DNA of 64,000 bases from Chrysomallon squamiferum (Eukaryota > Animalia > Mollusca). The DNA is taken from assembly GCA_012295275.1 (NCBI GenBank), contig CM022672.1, positions 32,178,001-32,242,000 of the forward strand, read 5' to 3'. The notes beneath the pieces are model-generated. The model had not been told where the DNA came from. It did not search any database and worked only from the letters and a program-made list of their open reading frames with translations. A program made the position numbers and the translations under genes. The first letter of the stretch is position 1. Every line of letters starts with the position of its first letter. This document shows, piece after piece, positions 41,320 to 56,983 of this stretch.

Positions 41320-42450
41320 AGGGTTATGCTGTGATTAGTGTTGGGGTCAGGCTTCACATTATGTTCAAGGTTAGAGTTAAATTTTTGGTTTTGGTGAGTG
41401 TTAGTGTTTGCATTAGAGTTAAGGTATGTTTAGTGTTAAGGTTCAGTTTCAGATTTGGTTTGGTGTTAGTATTAGACATTGGGTTGGGATTTGGGCTAGA
41501 TATAGCATTAGAGTTAGGTTTAGGGTATTGATTAGGGTTAGCATGTGGGTTTGTTTTGTAAGTTGGTGTAGGCTAGCATTAGGGTTGGGTTGGGGTTAGG
41601 ATTAAGGTCAGTGTTGGCATTAAGGGTTAAGCTTTCACTATGGGTGATGATTAGGGTTTAGTATTAGGGCTGGCTTTAGGATTAGGGTAGGATTCATTTG
41701 ATTGTATATTTTGTTGAAGATACTTTTGATATAAAACTTGAAAAATGTTGTGATGAATTAAAATTAATTTCAAAATATGTATGTATTTTAGGATAAAATT
41801 TGAAATAAGTTTTATTTCAATAAGTCATTAATTTATCACACTGTTACAAGTAAGGTTAAGGCTATATTTAGGGTTAAGGTTATGGATACCATTAACATTA
41901 GGGCTATTTTTAGCATTAGGGTTAGGATTGGAGTTGAGTTAGATATATGGTTAGGATTAGAGTTAGATTTAATTATCTGTTTATCTTAAGGTATTTTTCA
42001 CAAAACAAACCCCCCTCTCAAAACAAAAGAAACATCCCATGAAAAAATATGTTGAATATTAGGATCAAACAGGTGATGGTTAGGTTTGGGTTAAGAGTAA
42101 GAATTATGATTAGGGTTAGATAATTTAATTATCAATATGTCTTAAAAAATATTTTCTTGTAAGAAAAATTGGGATTAAAATAAATAAATGAACAAATAAA
42201 TGAATGAATAAATAAATAAATAAAATTGTTGTTAGTATTATGACAAATTTAAAATAACTTTTCTATTTAAAATTAGTTTTATTTCAATAAATCCTTAGTA
42301 TATCATACTCTTACAAGTAAGGTTATGGATATGGTTAAGGTTATGGTTATCTTTAGGTTACTGTTAGGGTTAGGTTTAAGATTAAAGTTAGCATTAGGGT
42401 TTGGTTAGGGTTAGAGTTCACATGAGGGTTATTGTAAGGATTAATTTGAG
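41320..42450 (+). repeat. Degenerate interstitial TTAGGG-like hexamer tracts
   Basis: Numerous ttaggg/ttagag/ttaagg/ttgggt hexamers in three blocks. Confidence 0.7.
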
Positions 42451-42977
42451 GTGTTACAGATTAACTGGGGAAAACGCAAAACAAAGTTTACATTTTCTGG
42501 CATCTGTGCATGCACTGACATAGGGTTTTAAAATTTCACATGTTCATAGCTTGTTGAACAACTCATCTCTTCAGAATATTTCATCACAGTAGTTCTATTT
42601 ATTAGCTCACCTCCCCACCAGAATCACTTATGATATTCTGACATATGAAAATGACAGACTTAAAATGTTGTAAAAAAATCATCAGTGCAGATGAGTCCTT
42701 TTGGCATAAAGTGAACTGTGACACATATAAAGAACATTGCAAATGAACATGTGTGTGCCAGCATAGGATAATAAAAACATGGTGAAAACAATGAAAACTC
42801 AGGTTTTGATGGAGTAAGATAAATCACATTCTACAGATCAGTTATATGTGATGCATGGGGGTTTTAAATTTAATATCTCACACTAAAAGTAATTATATTC
42901 AATATAATGTTAAAATATATTAAAAATGAGATTTAGAACTCATTTGAACCCTGAAAGGAAAAATTTGTTATAAAAAA

Positions 42978-43200
42978 TTAGTTCTGTATTAAAAAGTAAC
43001 CCTCTGTTTTGAATCTGACATTTAAAACTGACACTAAATGTTTGTGTTTACACATCTGGTGATTACAATAAATGGCTGTTTTAGAGCAACATTGCAAGTT
43101 AAACCTTTTATTCTGAATAATTTTTACTTTCCATTGCTTCAGGTAGTGGAGATCAATCTCCTGTTTTGCCATCCAGTGTAATTTTATAATAATGTTGAGG
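42978..43200 (-). mobile_element. Possible SWIM zinc-finger relic of a MULE transposase
   Basis: WKVKI..LQCCSK..QMCKH..VL resembles a CxC..CxH SWIM motif; highly decayed. Confidence 0.3.
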
Positions 43201-43680
43201 ATATTCTGAGGGTATATCTCTATCTTGACACAATGAAATAAGATATTTTTCTCTTTAGTTCAGAAATTGGCAGTTTTTGTTTATAAGCGACAAACCAACT
43301 CTTCATCGAACTAAAAACTTCATCTTTCTCACTGAACCTTTCCTATGATTTTCTAAACCGTAACCATTTTATTCCCATCCAGTTAACCCCTTTGCCTGTG
43401 GAATAGCCTGTACAAAGAGGCAAAATATGTTTAACTTATTGTTTCATATTCAGGAAATATGGTATTTTAAAAGTATATTTCTTTATGTGAGTCATTCTGA
43501 CCTGACACATTATGGCCAAGCATAAATAGAAATATTTGTTTAGCCTTTCTGTAGCAGAATGAACAGAATCACATAACATCTGTGTATGAGCTGTCTCCAG
43601 TACTTTGTGATCAGTACACAAACAACAACATGGAGAAGGCTGTGACTATCAAATGTTTCCTGTTTTATCCTGATTATGAA

Positions 43681-43880
43681 NNNNNNNNNNNNNNNNNNNN
43701 NNNNNNNNNNNNNNNNNNNNNNNNNNNNNNNNNNNNNNNNNNNNNNNNNNNNNNNNNNNNNNNNNNNNNNNNNNNNNNNNNNNNNNNNNNNNNNNNNNNN
43801 NNNNNNNNNNNNNNNNNNNNNNNNNNNNNNNNNNNNNNNNNNNNNNNNNNNNNNNNNNNNNNNNNNNNNNNNNNNNNNNN
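43681..43880. other. Assembly/scaffolding gap (200 N)
   Basis: Run of exactly 200 N, a fixed-size scaffold gap. Confidence 0.99.
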
Positions 43881-46060
43881 GATGATAAGGCTCCTCACCT
43901 CCAGCAGAGAATGACCAGACTCACCATCCCCATCACTAGACAACCAGACTCCTACAAACCTACCAGTGGAAGACTGCTGACTTGTATGTGTTCATTCTGT
44001 CTTACCATAATTCTATGTAGTCTTCCAAATCTCTGTCCTCTAACAGATCAGCTGAGTGAATAATATAAGATTTCTCAGTGTTCTTATTTCAAACTGTTGA
44101 GGTTTAAAAAAGCACAGTATTCTATTTCTGATCTCTAGCATTATCCAGTTATAATTTATATTCACTTTCTGCTGATTTTAAATTGTATCTGTCATCTGTC
44201 TATTCAGGCTCTGTATCTGAGTGAAAATGACTGTTCTGACATCTAGTACAAAATTGAGCTGTGGCAGATTTTTCCTGTAATTTAAAACTCTGAAATGCTT
44301 TGACTAATATTTAGTGAGAATTAAATTGATGTGATTGTGTACATCATGTACATACATTTGTAGCTGTGCTCAGTGCAGTGACTGTGATATAACTCAATGT
44401 GCTATGTGTAACATTTTCTTTGTTCATTTCATGTGTGGCATAAGACATAGCAATGTGACAAACATTTCATTTTTCTCAAGCTTGTCCTCATAGTTCTATG
44501 TGAAGTGAATTTTACTTATTTTCAAGCATCTCATTTGGGAAGAATATTATTATTTTGTATTATATATTTTTTTTCAGATCAAGAACATGAGATCTCTAGA
44601 AGGAAAGGTGCCTCTAAGCTCTGTCTATAACTTGCAAGAGGTTTTCTATTTTGTGAAAAAGGTGACATCTTCCAGAACAACACTTCAGTAGACATGAATA
44701 TTTTTATTTTGATATTTAATTGATTTCTATTTTTTATTACTTGAATAAATACTGTTTCTCTTTCAATTCCTGGGTTTTTTGTTTGTAATTTTTTTACGCG
44801 ATAGTCTGCAACTTGTAAGATTTATCTTTTTTTTTTTTTGGAATATTTCTCTTCTTATTCATTGCTTAATGATAACTTTTAGTATTGTCATCATTTGTAA
44901 TAAGTTAGGATTGTCTCTCATAAAATCCACACAGTGTCTTAGTTCATTACATTCTTTAATTCATGATGATAGTAAAATATTTTAGACAATTGATAATATA
45001 ATGTACAGAATTGACTCAAACATCTTTCTCTCTTGTCAGATATTTTGTCTTTTCTGCTGACCTACCTTTCGCCCCAGTCACACTGACAACATCCCACACA
45101 CCTGAACAATACTGACAGACCACTACTGTCTTGTTTTTGTTAAGATAGTCTCAGTGACAGTGTTTGTAGATGTCCCAAGTGTCTTCCAGCACCCAAGTAC
45201 TTTAAACAAACAGAAATAAACTTTACGTGTTTTCAGTGAAACCAAAGATTACAATGTATGCTTTATTTGAATCCCTCACGTGTACTTAATACAAAACATT
45301 CCCTATAACCATTATTTGTCATATTACTTCTAGATATTTGTACAGTTCTCCTTCTGACTATAGTTAAATGTTTTGCATGAACTTTTGTTACATTGTTACC
45401 TTCATGATTATTTTTCAGAGGGGAGGAAAAGGGTCTACTGTTTACTACAAATATATTTATAATAAGTAATAGTTAATTATGGGATCTTCTGTTTTCATTT
45501 CACTGACATTGTCTAGTGCCAGGAAACAAACCAAAAATTGTCAGTAAAAATATTGTTAATACTAATTAAAAAAAAAAAATTTTAATTATATATATATATA
45601 TCTATACTGCATTTGATAAATACTTCCTAGCACTGTATATTAAAAAAAAAAAAAAGAAAGAAAAAAACAAAAATGTCTAACACCTTTAAGTAGGTAACTG
45701 GTAGTTGTAAAGTATAAATAATGGCTAGACTACTTTAAAAACTAATAGAACAAAATGTAATTTTTCTGATGCTAGGTGACTCTAAATGTCATAATACATA
45801 ATATTAATTTAAATAATCAGTGCGGCCCTTAAAGCAATGAGCAAACAGCAGAACAGCCCCACATCAGCTAAACCTCAGTCAAGTATCATGTGAGAACAGA
45901 GTGAGCTGCCCTTGAAACTGCAAGCAAACATGACAGAAGCCTGATGCTGCAGCTGATGATAGTTTGACAATAATTGTTAGCTGAGTTTTCTTGCAGATTT
46001 ATAGACTTTGTGGTTGTTGTTTGATTTGTGATTGTTTATTTATTTGTTGTTTTTTTCTTT

Positions 46061-46094
<34 letters not shown>

Positions 46095-46099
46095 AGAAA

Positions 46100-46136
<37 letters not shown>

Positions 46137-47314
46137 GGTTATGCATTTATTTATTGAATTAGAATTTTTCTTATTCTTAATTATTCCATTTGTTTCTTAT
46201 TTTTTCTATTTATTACTCATTTTTATTTTAATATTTCAATTGTTGTTTATGATTATTATTTTTGTGTGTGTTTGTTTCAGTTTAGTGAAATCTCTTCTGA
46301 ACAGCTAAGATTATCTAGTTCTGTCTCTAATTAAGCAGTAATTAAAAACTAAACTATCTGAGTTGTGTTTTAAAATGTGATTATTTCAGATGAATACAAT
46401 AATGATTTTATGTGTTGAGATAATTCTTACAGTAGCAATTCTTAAAACATCTGAAAATGTTTTATTATTTTTCTCTTCTTTCTGTACATATGTATTCACA
46501 CACACGCACACACACATACATGTTTAACAGAATGGAAAACTGATCTTTTTACCACATAGTTTTCAACTTTCTCTTCATATAAATGTTTTTGATATTTTAT
46601 ACAACTTTTGTTTCATTTAAAACTTCAAAAGGAGTAAAAGTTTAAAAATGAATGGAAAGCAGATAACAAAACAAAGAAGTAATTTTTACATGTAATTTCA
46701 TCATGTAGCTTTTTCTTAATTAGTTACGGATATCATAATTTGATTATTAATACTTGTCACTGTTTATGGTGTTATTCAGAATAAATGAAAAAGGAGATAG
46801 AAAGTTAAAGTTCAGAAAACAGTTCATGTGATAAAGAAATGAAACAACTGGAGTCTGTACGTGTTTGACTGGATAACATGCTACCTCTTGTTGACAGAAT
46901 CATTATACTGGAATTATTGAAATGAGTAAACATGAAATTATTGTCTCATCTGACTTGAGAACACATTTTTATACAAACAAAGACCCATAATTCTCATTTT
47001 AGCTTATAACTGCTATGACTAAAACTAGTTTTAACCTTAATTAATGGAAACTCCAGTTACTGGCAGAAATTAAATCCAGTTTTAACATTTCATTTTATAC
47101 TGACTTTTAATAGGTGTTAATGATAACTTCATTGTCTGACAGAAATAGGTCCAGTGATAATTAATGACAAAAATAAATCCAGTCTTGTTGTACTGTCAAA
47201 CGACTAACTTGATTTTGTTTCAAAGTGCAAAGAATGAATTAGTATTTGGGTTTCACATGTTACTATGAAACATTGCCAACTTCTTCACTGCTTACGCAAA
47301 ACATTAAATAGGAT

Positions 47315-48385
47315 TATGAGTTAGTGTAGGTGTTAAGTTCAGTATTAGGTGTTTGTGTACGTTTTAAGTTTAGTATATGGGTGTTAAGTTTAGTATTAGG
47401 TGTTTGTGTACGTTTTAAGTTTAGTGTATGGGTGTTAAGTTTAGTATTAGGGGTGTTGGTGTTCGGTGTAGTATTAGGGGTTAGTGTAGGTGTTAAGTTT
47501 AGTATTAGGGGTTAGTGTAGGTATTAGGTTTAGTATTAGGGGTTAGTGTAGGTGTTAAGTTTAGTATTAGGGGTTAGTTTAGATAAGTTTAGTATTAGGG
47601 GTTAGTTTAGATAAGTTTAGTATTAGGGGTTAGTGTATGTGTTAAGTTTAGTATTAGGGGTTAGTGTAGGTGTTAGGTATAGTATTAGGGGTTAGTGTAG
47701 GGGTTAGTTTGTTGTAGTTTAAGTTTAGTATTAGGGGTTAGTGTAGGTGTTTAGTTTAGTATTAGTGGGGTTAGTAGTATGGGTTTGTGTAGGTGGTTTA
47801 GTATTAGGGGTTAGTGTAGGTGTTAGGTATAGTATTAGGGGTTAGTGTAGGTGTTAAGTTTAGTATTAGGGGTTAGTGTAGTTGTAAGTTTAGTATTGGG
47901 GTTAGTGTAGTTGTAAGTTTAGTATTGGGGGTTAGTGTAGTTGTAAGTTTAGTATAGTTTAGTATTATGGGGGGTTAAGTTTAGTATTGGGGTTAGTGTA
48001 GTTGTTAAGTTTAGTATTGGGGTTAGTGTAGTCTTTAGTTTAGTATACGGGTTTTGTGTAGGTGTTAAGTTTAGTGTTAGGGGTTAGTGTAGATGTTAAG
48101 TTTAGTGTTAGGGGTTAGTGTAGGTGTTAATTTAAATATTAGGGGTTAGTGTAGGTGTTAAGATTAGTATTGGGGGTTAGTGTAGGTCTTTAGTGTTAGG
48201 GGTTAGACTAGATGTTAAGTTTAGTGTTAGGGGTTAGTGTAGATGTTAAGTTTAGTGTTAGGGGTTAGTGTAGGTGTTAATTTAAATATTAGGGGTTAGT
48301 GTAGGTGTTAAGATTAGTTGGGGTTAGTGTCTGTGTTAAGATTAGTATTAGGGGTTAGTGTAGGCTTTGTTAAGTTTAGGCTTAG
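47315..48385 (+). repeat. ~31-bp telomere-like minisatellite array (~1.07 kb)
   Basis: Unit ggggttagtgtaggtgttaagtttagtatta repeated more than 30 times; only ~4 units at the homologous site 12295-12425. Confidence 0.92.
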
Positions 48386-49988
48386 TGTATACAAATTGTA
48401 GACAGGGTTAGGGTTAGATTTAAATTTAGAGTTAGAGATAGGGTTAGGACTAATTCTAGTTCAGATTCAATTATCTATTTCTCTCAAGAGACACTTCATA
48501 TAAGACTTGAACAATCTTATGATGAGTTTTAAGATAAAAATACATTCTTTATTTTACCATACCGTTAGGAGTGAGGTTTACGCCCAGGGTTAGCATTAGA
48601 GTTAATTAGCGTTAGGTTTAAATATCTGAAAAATCTGCAAGATCTGGAAAGTCATATGATGAGTTTCACAAGTAAGGTTAGCATTTTGATTAGGGTTAGG
48701 TCTCGGGTTAGTCTAACTTAGACACAGATTTAAATGTCAGTTTACCTGAAGAGATTTTCATTCAGTACAGACTGACAGTTTATAGCTTTTTGATGAAATT
48801 AAATGACATTTGAAAGACAAGATAGTTTTAACGAACGCTTCGAAACATTCTTTTAAATATTTTATTTTAAATACATGTTTGATAAACTCGTTTGTGAAAT
48901 AAAATAAAAAATACCAAAAGGAGAAGAAGAAGAAAATACGTACGTTGTCATATGATTTGTTCGGTTGTATCCGGTGAAATAATCTCACTTTCTGTAACTA
49001 ACATCTTCCCATACACAGGAACACTGCGCTGTTGTTGCACCATGGCTGGCCTCGTTGCGAAAACACACACACATATTCATCATCGACATATTTCTTTATC
49101 GTTTATCAATCGACTTCAATTCGGCCTGCAGCGCTCAAACAATAATAAAAAACTAGATCACCTCCCCATCCACATTACCCCACCCAGTTCTCAGTGTCCG
49201 CTGCCGATCTGGTGCACTTCACCTGAAACAAGTAACTGAGAGAAAGGTTTACAATAATTCAGGGGTCACGCTCCCGAAGATGTCACCGTAACGACTCAGT
49301 TAACCAAAAGTGTCTTTTGAAGTCTGTCGTAATAAAGCGAATCACTGTGTCGTTATTTTGTTTACTACTCATGCGATGTTCGTTTCGTGCAGTGCTTAAT
49401 TTTGATCACTAAATTTGAACTTTTGTCGAAAATTATACTATTTTTCCGATATCATCACTGAATCAGTTCATCAGTTTGATATTAAAATTGGACTAACAGT
49501 TATTTACCAGTTAAATATGGCTCAGAAACCCAAGAAGATGATCCAAAACGACCACCAAAATTTCATAGGAATTATAAACATGAGCGGATGATGTTAGTGA
49601 TCATTAACATATGTTTTTGATGTTGGGCCTATCGGGGGGGGGTTCAGCCGGTTCTTTGTCCCGGGCCCCAAGAGCAAAGAAAGGCCCACAGCAACCATGC
49701 AACATCCATTCCACCCTCGAAAACAAGCACGTTCTACAACCCTCAGCCCGACACACACTTACATTCACATACACAAACATCACTACACGTATCACACAAC
49801 ACTAATTAACTGAATATGTTTGTTACATGTTATATCTCATCATGGAAATAAAACATTTACCAGAGCCTCGGAAAGACGGCCCTAAGAAATGAAATTTTTG
49901 TTTGCGCTTTTTAGCCACATTCTTGTTCAACGTTTGACGCTTCTTTTAACGTTGTTTACTGCAAGAAGGACAACAACAAATGTTATGA

Positions 49989-50054
<66 letters not shown>

Positions 50055-50728
50055 TTAAAATAACTGAAGAAAAAAACGAAAACAGATAGGGGAGCAAGAA
50101 AGAAACAAAAATAAATAAATAAATAAATAAATAAATAAAATTAAGGATTCTATCCTGATACAGCCTTGTATTTGCTTGCACAAGGAAATAAAAGGTTTTT
50201 ATTTATTTATTTATTTTATTTTATCTTGTTTCGATTTTGTGTCAGGTAAATTCTTACTTTGAAAATATTATGAACCTTTAACACCAAGCCTCCCAAACTT
50301 TAAATGATGCGAAAAAGGGAAATACAAATGTAAACAAAAATTGCCACGTGTGTGATTGGTGATTGGTTGATGCTGAAGTAATATAACTGACATCTGCAAT
50401 TCTCGCGGAAAAAATAACTGAGCTGGCGGGAAAAAAATGTCTCTCCTGTTGATTTTCTTCACTTTACAAAAAGGAAAACAAAAATTGTAATTCCACGGTA
50501 TAGAAAAAAAAAAAAAAGAAGTAAATAATAATTAAAACAAACAAACAGAAAAAGAAACACTATTAGATGAATCTATTTCTAATTATTAATAACGAAATGA
50601 AAAAAGCAAAACGAAACAATATAAATAACGATGGAGACAATAATGATAAATAGAATAAAAGAAAAATAGAAAAAGTAATACGACGATCAAAATAACAATA
50701 TAATAACAACATCAACAACAGCATAAAA

Positions 50729-50819
<91 letters not shown>

Positions 50820-50904
50820 GCACATTGAAAAATCAGTGTAGGTTAAAATCCCCAGCACCCAATATTCCAGATACAAAATTTCTGAACCCGTCCTATGTCT
50901 CTCT

Positions 50905-50965
<61 letters not shown>

Positions 50966-51718
50966 CTACACTTTCTTTCACATACAAATACGTCTCCTGT
51001 TTCACCATTGAACGCACACCCATAATCTCTCACATGCACACATACAAACATGTCCCGGTGACCGAACGGTAACATCCTCCGCCTTCGGAGGGCGGGCGAA
51101 TGGGTGCCATACGTTCTAGTGAAATACACACATACACCTATAAGCATAGACCTATAAACACACATACAAACAGATGTGTGTCACACACTTGCTCAGTTAC
51201 ACACTCACTCATGCTTTAACGTTCGCATACATTTCAAATAAAGGTGAATAGTATATACACTGTGTAACTTTAAGAAAGGGAGATAAGTAAGGAACCAACT
51301 AAGAAACAAAATACGAGTAATTATATTTTGCAACGATTTTGTTTTGTTTTAACAGTAACACGCTCGCACACAATGAACACCGACACACAAAAAACACAAA
51401 CAATGACACACAAACACACAAACACACACACCGACACACAAACACAAACTGATACATACAAATACACACAACAACACACACAAGTACACAGTGACATACG
51501 CAAATGCGTGCGCCTTTCCTCTTCTTATAATTTATTTCTTGATCAGAAGCGTTTCTGTAAAAAAACATGCTTGTCCAAGAAGGTTATTTTAATTTAAATC
51601 TGATAATATATTAACAAAAGTGATAGGTTTACTTACACATTACCCTCAGTCACTGCATTATAATTCTGTAAAGTGTAAAATAGATTAAAAGTAAATTCAT
51701 TTTAATAAAAAGGACAGC

Positions 51719-51779
<61 letters not shown>

Positions 51780-52104
51780 TTATAAAAATAATACATTTCA
51801 AAATACTATTAATTCAATAACATTATGATCTTAAGGTTCACCAACATGTATGTAACTATCAGTTTATCAAAATACTTAATGTGCTACTACTAGAAACACT
51901 CTCACTACAAGTTTATCAACATACTTAGTTTGAATACTAGAAACATTGACAACTACAAGTGTATCAACTTACTTGTGGGTGTGTTTGTATGTATGCTTTT
52001 ATGTATGTACGTATGAACTACGTATGTATGTATGCTTTAGAAAGAGTTATGAGTGATTAGATGTGAGTGTATCTATATCTCTCTTCTCTCTCTCTCCGTA
52101 CACA

Positions 52105-52173
<69 letters not shown>

Positions 52174-52250
52174 ATATATATATATATACTAGATCACATA
52201 CAAACATACATACATAGATACAGAGATAGGTAGACAGATATTGATATATA

Positions 52251-52281
<31 letters not shown>

Positions 52282-52390
52282 ATGAGTGTGTGTGTTTATG
52301 AAAGACATTTAGATATGTGTGTGATCGTATATATATGTTTAAGAAAGTATAAATACATGTATTTATGTGCTAGACAGACAATGCGTATTG

Positions 52391-52471
<81 letters not shown>

Positions 52472-52472
<1 letters not shown>

Positions 52473-53160
52473 AGTGGACCCTGATTCATTTGGGACCAAT
52501 CATAGGTGCCGTTTTAGACACAGTGCCGGCTTACACAAATTAAAATGACACGAAATATATTTTATTTCTAATGTTATTGTTAAGCATCTATCAAGTGTCA
52601 TCTGAGAAACAGTCTGTCATAGACAACTGCGTTTTTTTCTTCTACTTTATTTATTTATTTATTTGTTTATTTTTTCTTGTTTCTCTCCAAAACAAACTTC
52701 TCTGTCATGGCCTCCATGTTTAACATCGATTGCAAAATCTGCTGTCGGTAGCAGCAACGAAATATTTAATTTGTTTTATAATTTTCAGAACATCAGTGTA
52801 AGAAATTTCGGTCACTTGGTCATTGTGTGTATCATCAGTCTATTCAGATTTTTGAATTTGTCGGTCGTTACTCTTTGCCGACATATTACTTTCGTACAAC
52901 TGTTGGTAATGGTCACTAAGTTTTATAATGTCAAATATTTCCTGTCTTCATATTTCAGATTGCATTGCCAGGGTCTTAGTACAAACCCGCGGCAAAGTCT
53001 AGTCGCCTTTTTTTTTTTTAATTTATTTTATTTATTTATTTATTATTTGAAACAGATCACTTGAAAGTTGAATATCGATACATCTTGCCTCCATTTTGTC
53101 CAACGGTCTCCTGAACACATTCTGCGATCAGTCAGCGGACTTCAGTTTTTTAGATCGCTT
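52472..53160 (-). mobile_element. pogo/Tigger relic (copy in right arm)
   Basis: Reverse complement of 7640-8310; TA|CAGTGGACCC terminus. Confidence 0.55.
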
Positions 53161-53303
53161 TCCGATGAATTCAATAAAACAAAGCAAAATATGCGTCATA
53201 CGTATTTATTTAGACATCTGCTGTTGACTCTTAATTTAAATGAGTGAATTCACTTAGGTATCACACTAATAATGATCTTGTTCATTTAGCTGTGTGATAA
53301 GGG

Positions 53304-53596
53304 CATAGGTTTTCAACCTGGGGGTCGCCAGACTTTTTTTCTGGGGATTGTGAGATCGTTCTTCAGGTAGGGTATGTGTTAGCTTTGTACAACTTGACTT
53401 GGAAGGAGAAATAAATAAAAACGAGTAGATAGGTTTGGGACCCGTCATAGTGAATATAGATTCCTTTTGTACTGTCTTTGCTTGATGAAAATATGGTAAC
53501 CCTACATAATATTGAATCAAAAATTTTAAAAGGGATTTTCGGTCATATTGAGTTGCTCATAAGTCGTCGCGGTATGAAAAAGGTTGAAAACCAGTG
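53304..53596. mobile_element. hAT-type MITE (copy in right arm)
   Basis: Reverse complement of 7207-7499. Confidence 0.75.
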
Positions 53597-54124
53597 GTAT
53601 AGGGTTACCTCCCATTAGTCATAGGCTTATTTGTCATACAGCTCATAACAACACAGGTCAAGGTTTGATGCACACTTAATCAGCTTCCCACCGGAGTTGT
53701 GATTACAACAGTTAGCAGTGAGACACAGCCAAGACTAGTTGATCATTCTCCACACAGGGGTGCCCAGCTTACTTACTGCTTGACTGCTTTCCAAATTGTA
53801 TGACTTTTCTGACCATGTGACTGTTGGGAGGATACCGCGTATAGTGATTACAAGAAGCTTGGCATCATTGTTTATAAAGATTTCACAAAGTGCGATCATT
53901 TCATTTTGTCCACGCGGTAGTCTAATTACGTGCTAATTGTTGTCACTGTTTATGAAATGACCTTTATGAAATGAACTTTATTCTGGAATTTACACCAGAT
54001 ATCCGAAGTAGAGAGCTCCGGATTTTTCAAAGTTTTGTTTATAATATATTAAAGTTAGCCTGGGAATTTCTCCCTATTTTCATAACTCTTTTATAAAGTT
54101 TATTTTGTTCTTTATTTTACAGTC

Positions 54125-54317
<193 letters not shown>

Positions 54318-54819
54318 AGACTACACACATCAAGTACAGATATAGGATCTGCTCTGGAATCCTGTCTCACAACATCTTTATGTATTACACGCTGTATGCA
54401 GAAAAGAAAAATATTACAGAAACTAAATAATAAAACTTGATTTTTATGTCTATATCATTTTTCTGTTTATATTCTAAACACAAATTAAATCCAAAAATAA
54501 ACGATGTAAGAATTCATGATACAAAAACAAATTTATTTGCATTTTCTTTATATACATCTTATACATAAACAAACAAACAGTAAATTTGAAACATAATCTA
54601 ATTTACTTACATATTTAATATAAATCTGAATAAAAGAAAATTCATAAATAAATCAAATAACAGTTCTTGTATTTCATGTCCAACAGTCAGTAAGTACATA
54701 TATAATTTATCTACATTTTATTTTATACACATTTTAAACCGAAATAAAAAAGTACAAATGAAGCAAGAAATAGTTAAAAATATTAAGTTTTATATACAAA
54801 CTAAAAACATTAGATATAC

Positions 54820-54851
<32 letters not shown>

Positions 54852-55091
54852 ATGATAAAGCAATGAGATGTTAATATACATTTCACAAGTATCTGTTTGA
54901 CACAAAACAATCCATTAGAAAATTTCAAATCAAATCAAGTGTCTATGACGTCATCACTGCTGTCTGACGTCATCAGAAAAACGTAAACAAACAAATAAAT
55001 AAATAAATCAATAAATAAACAAATAAATAAAAAAATAAAAATATTAGGCCAGTGATGACTAAAAGTGACAGTGTTTGAACGATGTTGTTTT

Positions 55092-56298
55092 TTACACTAA
55101 AAATAACAAAGCAGGTATTTGTCCCATGTACACACATGTAAACCAAGTTTTCTGTGACTGTGTTTAGATTTGTGTGACTCAGAAAATCTACAAACAAAAG
55201 AGTCTACAACAATTTCTGATTTACCTTCAAATCCACACAATGAGTTGTCTCCCTTAACATTAACAAACAAGCTGTACTCAGTGTCTTTAGTAATCTTCAC
55301 TGGACGTCTGAACACGACGTCATACACGTCAGACACGACGTGTTCATATCTCTGTGTCAGCGTAGACCCGTCCAGTATTTCGTCTGTTCTTGTGTCAGTG
55401 ACGAAGGCGCTGACGTCGTAGTTTCGTGGTTCACGGTGACCGTACAACTGAAATCCGCGAAGTAAAGCGTTTTTGTTGACAGAGAAAGTAATGGATTCAT
55501 CTAATTCACCAGAACATATCCAGTTACCAGAACCATGTTCTACCAAACCTGTTTATTGTAATCTGTGTTTTACGAATCACTGCAGTTCTCTTGTTTGAGT
55601 TAAAAGGTGAAACATCTTCATCACTCTTCACCCAGTTTTTAAAAATCTTGTTTTCTTCTGTGTCACTGAGTATGTTAGTGGGTGTCACGTGTTCTACAAA
55701 ATACGTCTGATCGAGTAATGGATAACGCACGTGCTTCACGGCCTCTCCCAGTGCTTCGCGCATGTTCTGTCCATTCGTCTGTCTTCCTTGCTTCTTACAC
55801 GCGCTGTCAGCCCACTTCACAGCGGCTTCGAAAACATTTTTCTCGTCTGCTGTCAGTTCGTCTGATCGTACGATCTCAACCAGACATTCGTGACAAAGAT
55901 CGGTGACTTCATCCGACTTCAGAACTTCGTCGCCATTTTCCAAAATGAAGTCCAGAGTTTTTTTTCTTAGATCATGTTCATCAAACAGGTGAGCTTGTTC
56001 CAGCACGACGCACGCATTCCGTGACGACAACGACGACTCCAAATAGCGCACGCACTGATCTTCCAGTGTCGTGACGATGTACTTCCTCGATAGATACAGC
56101 AGACCGGTGACGTTGTGGCCTGTTAGGACGACGTCATCCGTATAAAGATATCTGTGTAAAAGAATGTATAGTAAGACTTCAAAACGAGAGATAATTATGG
56201 GAGATTAATTAATTAGAAAATAATTAGATTACTAACAAAAACTGTATTGTTATCAACGTTCGTGTCGGTTTGTATGTTTCGTTACTCACTATGTTCGT

Positions 56299-56383
<85 letters not shown>

Positions 56384-56648
56384 TTAACATACTTTAAAAA
56401 CTCTGTGAAAATATCTGCCTGCACATCAGGCAGCAGGATGCTGTTTTGTTCGCGAAGTTCTCCCATCAGCATCCTGTGGAAGACTTCGCTTCGTATCATA
56501 AGGATGAAGCGATGTGCATCCACAGTTTTTTTTCTTCCCCAACAACAAATCTGACGTCGCTGTCTGTTCTCGTACGAAAAACGTGTTCAATACACTCCGT
56601 CAGTTTTTTCCCAGTCTGCCAACTTGAAACTTCTGCTGCGGTGGCCAT
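55092..56648 (-). pseudogene. BTB/POZ-BACK-PHR domain gene, copy B; coding exons 56648-56393 and 56151-55092; frameshifted as assembled
   Basis: Reverse-complement homolog of copy A with the same intron position (56152-56392). ORFs 56224-56523, 55524-56051 and 55097-55546 carry BTB, BACK and PHR. There is a 1-nt deletion in the A-run near 56530, an extra T near 55531 and a frame offset before GQIP. Confidence 0.9.
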
Positions 56649-56664
56649 GTTTTCACTGTAAACA

Positions 56665-56983
<319 letters not shown>

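Noticed and set aside
41320-42450. True telomere or chromosome fusion site
   Set aside because: Hexamers are highly degenerate, with no pure (TTAGGG)n and no head-to-head junction.
43582-43943. ORFs spanning the N run
   Set aside because: Gap artefacts.
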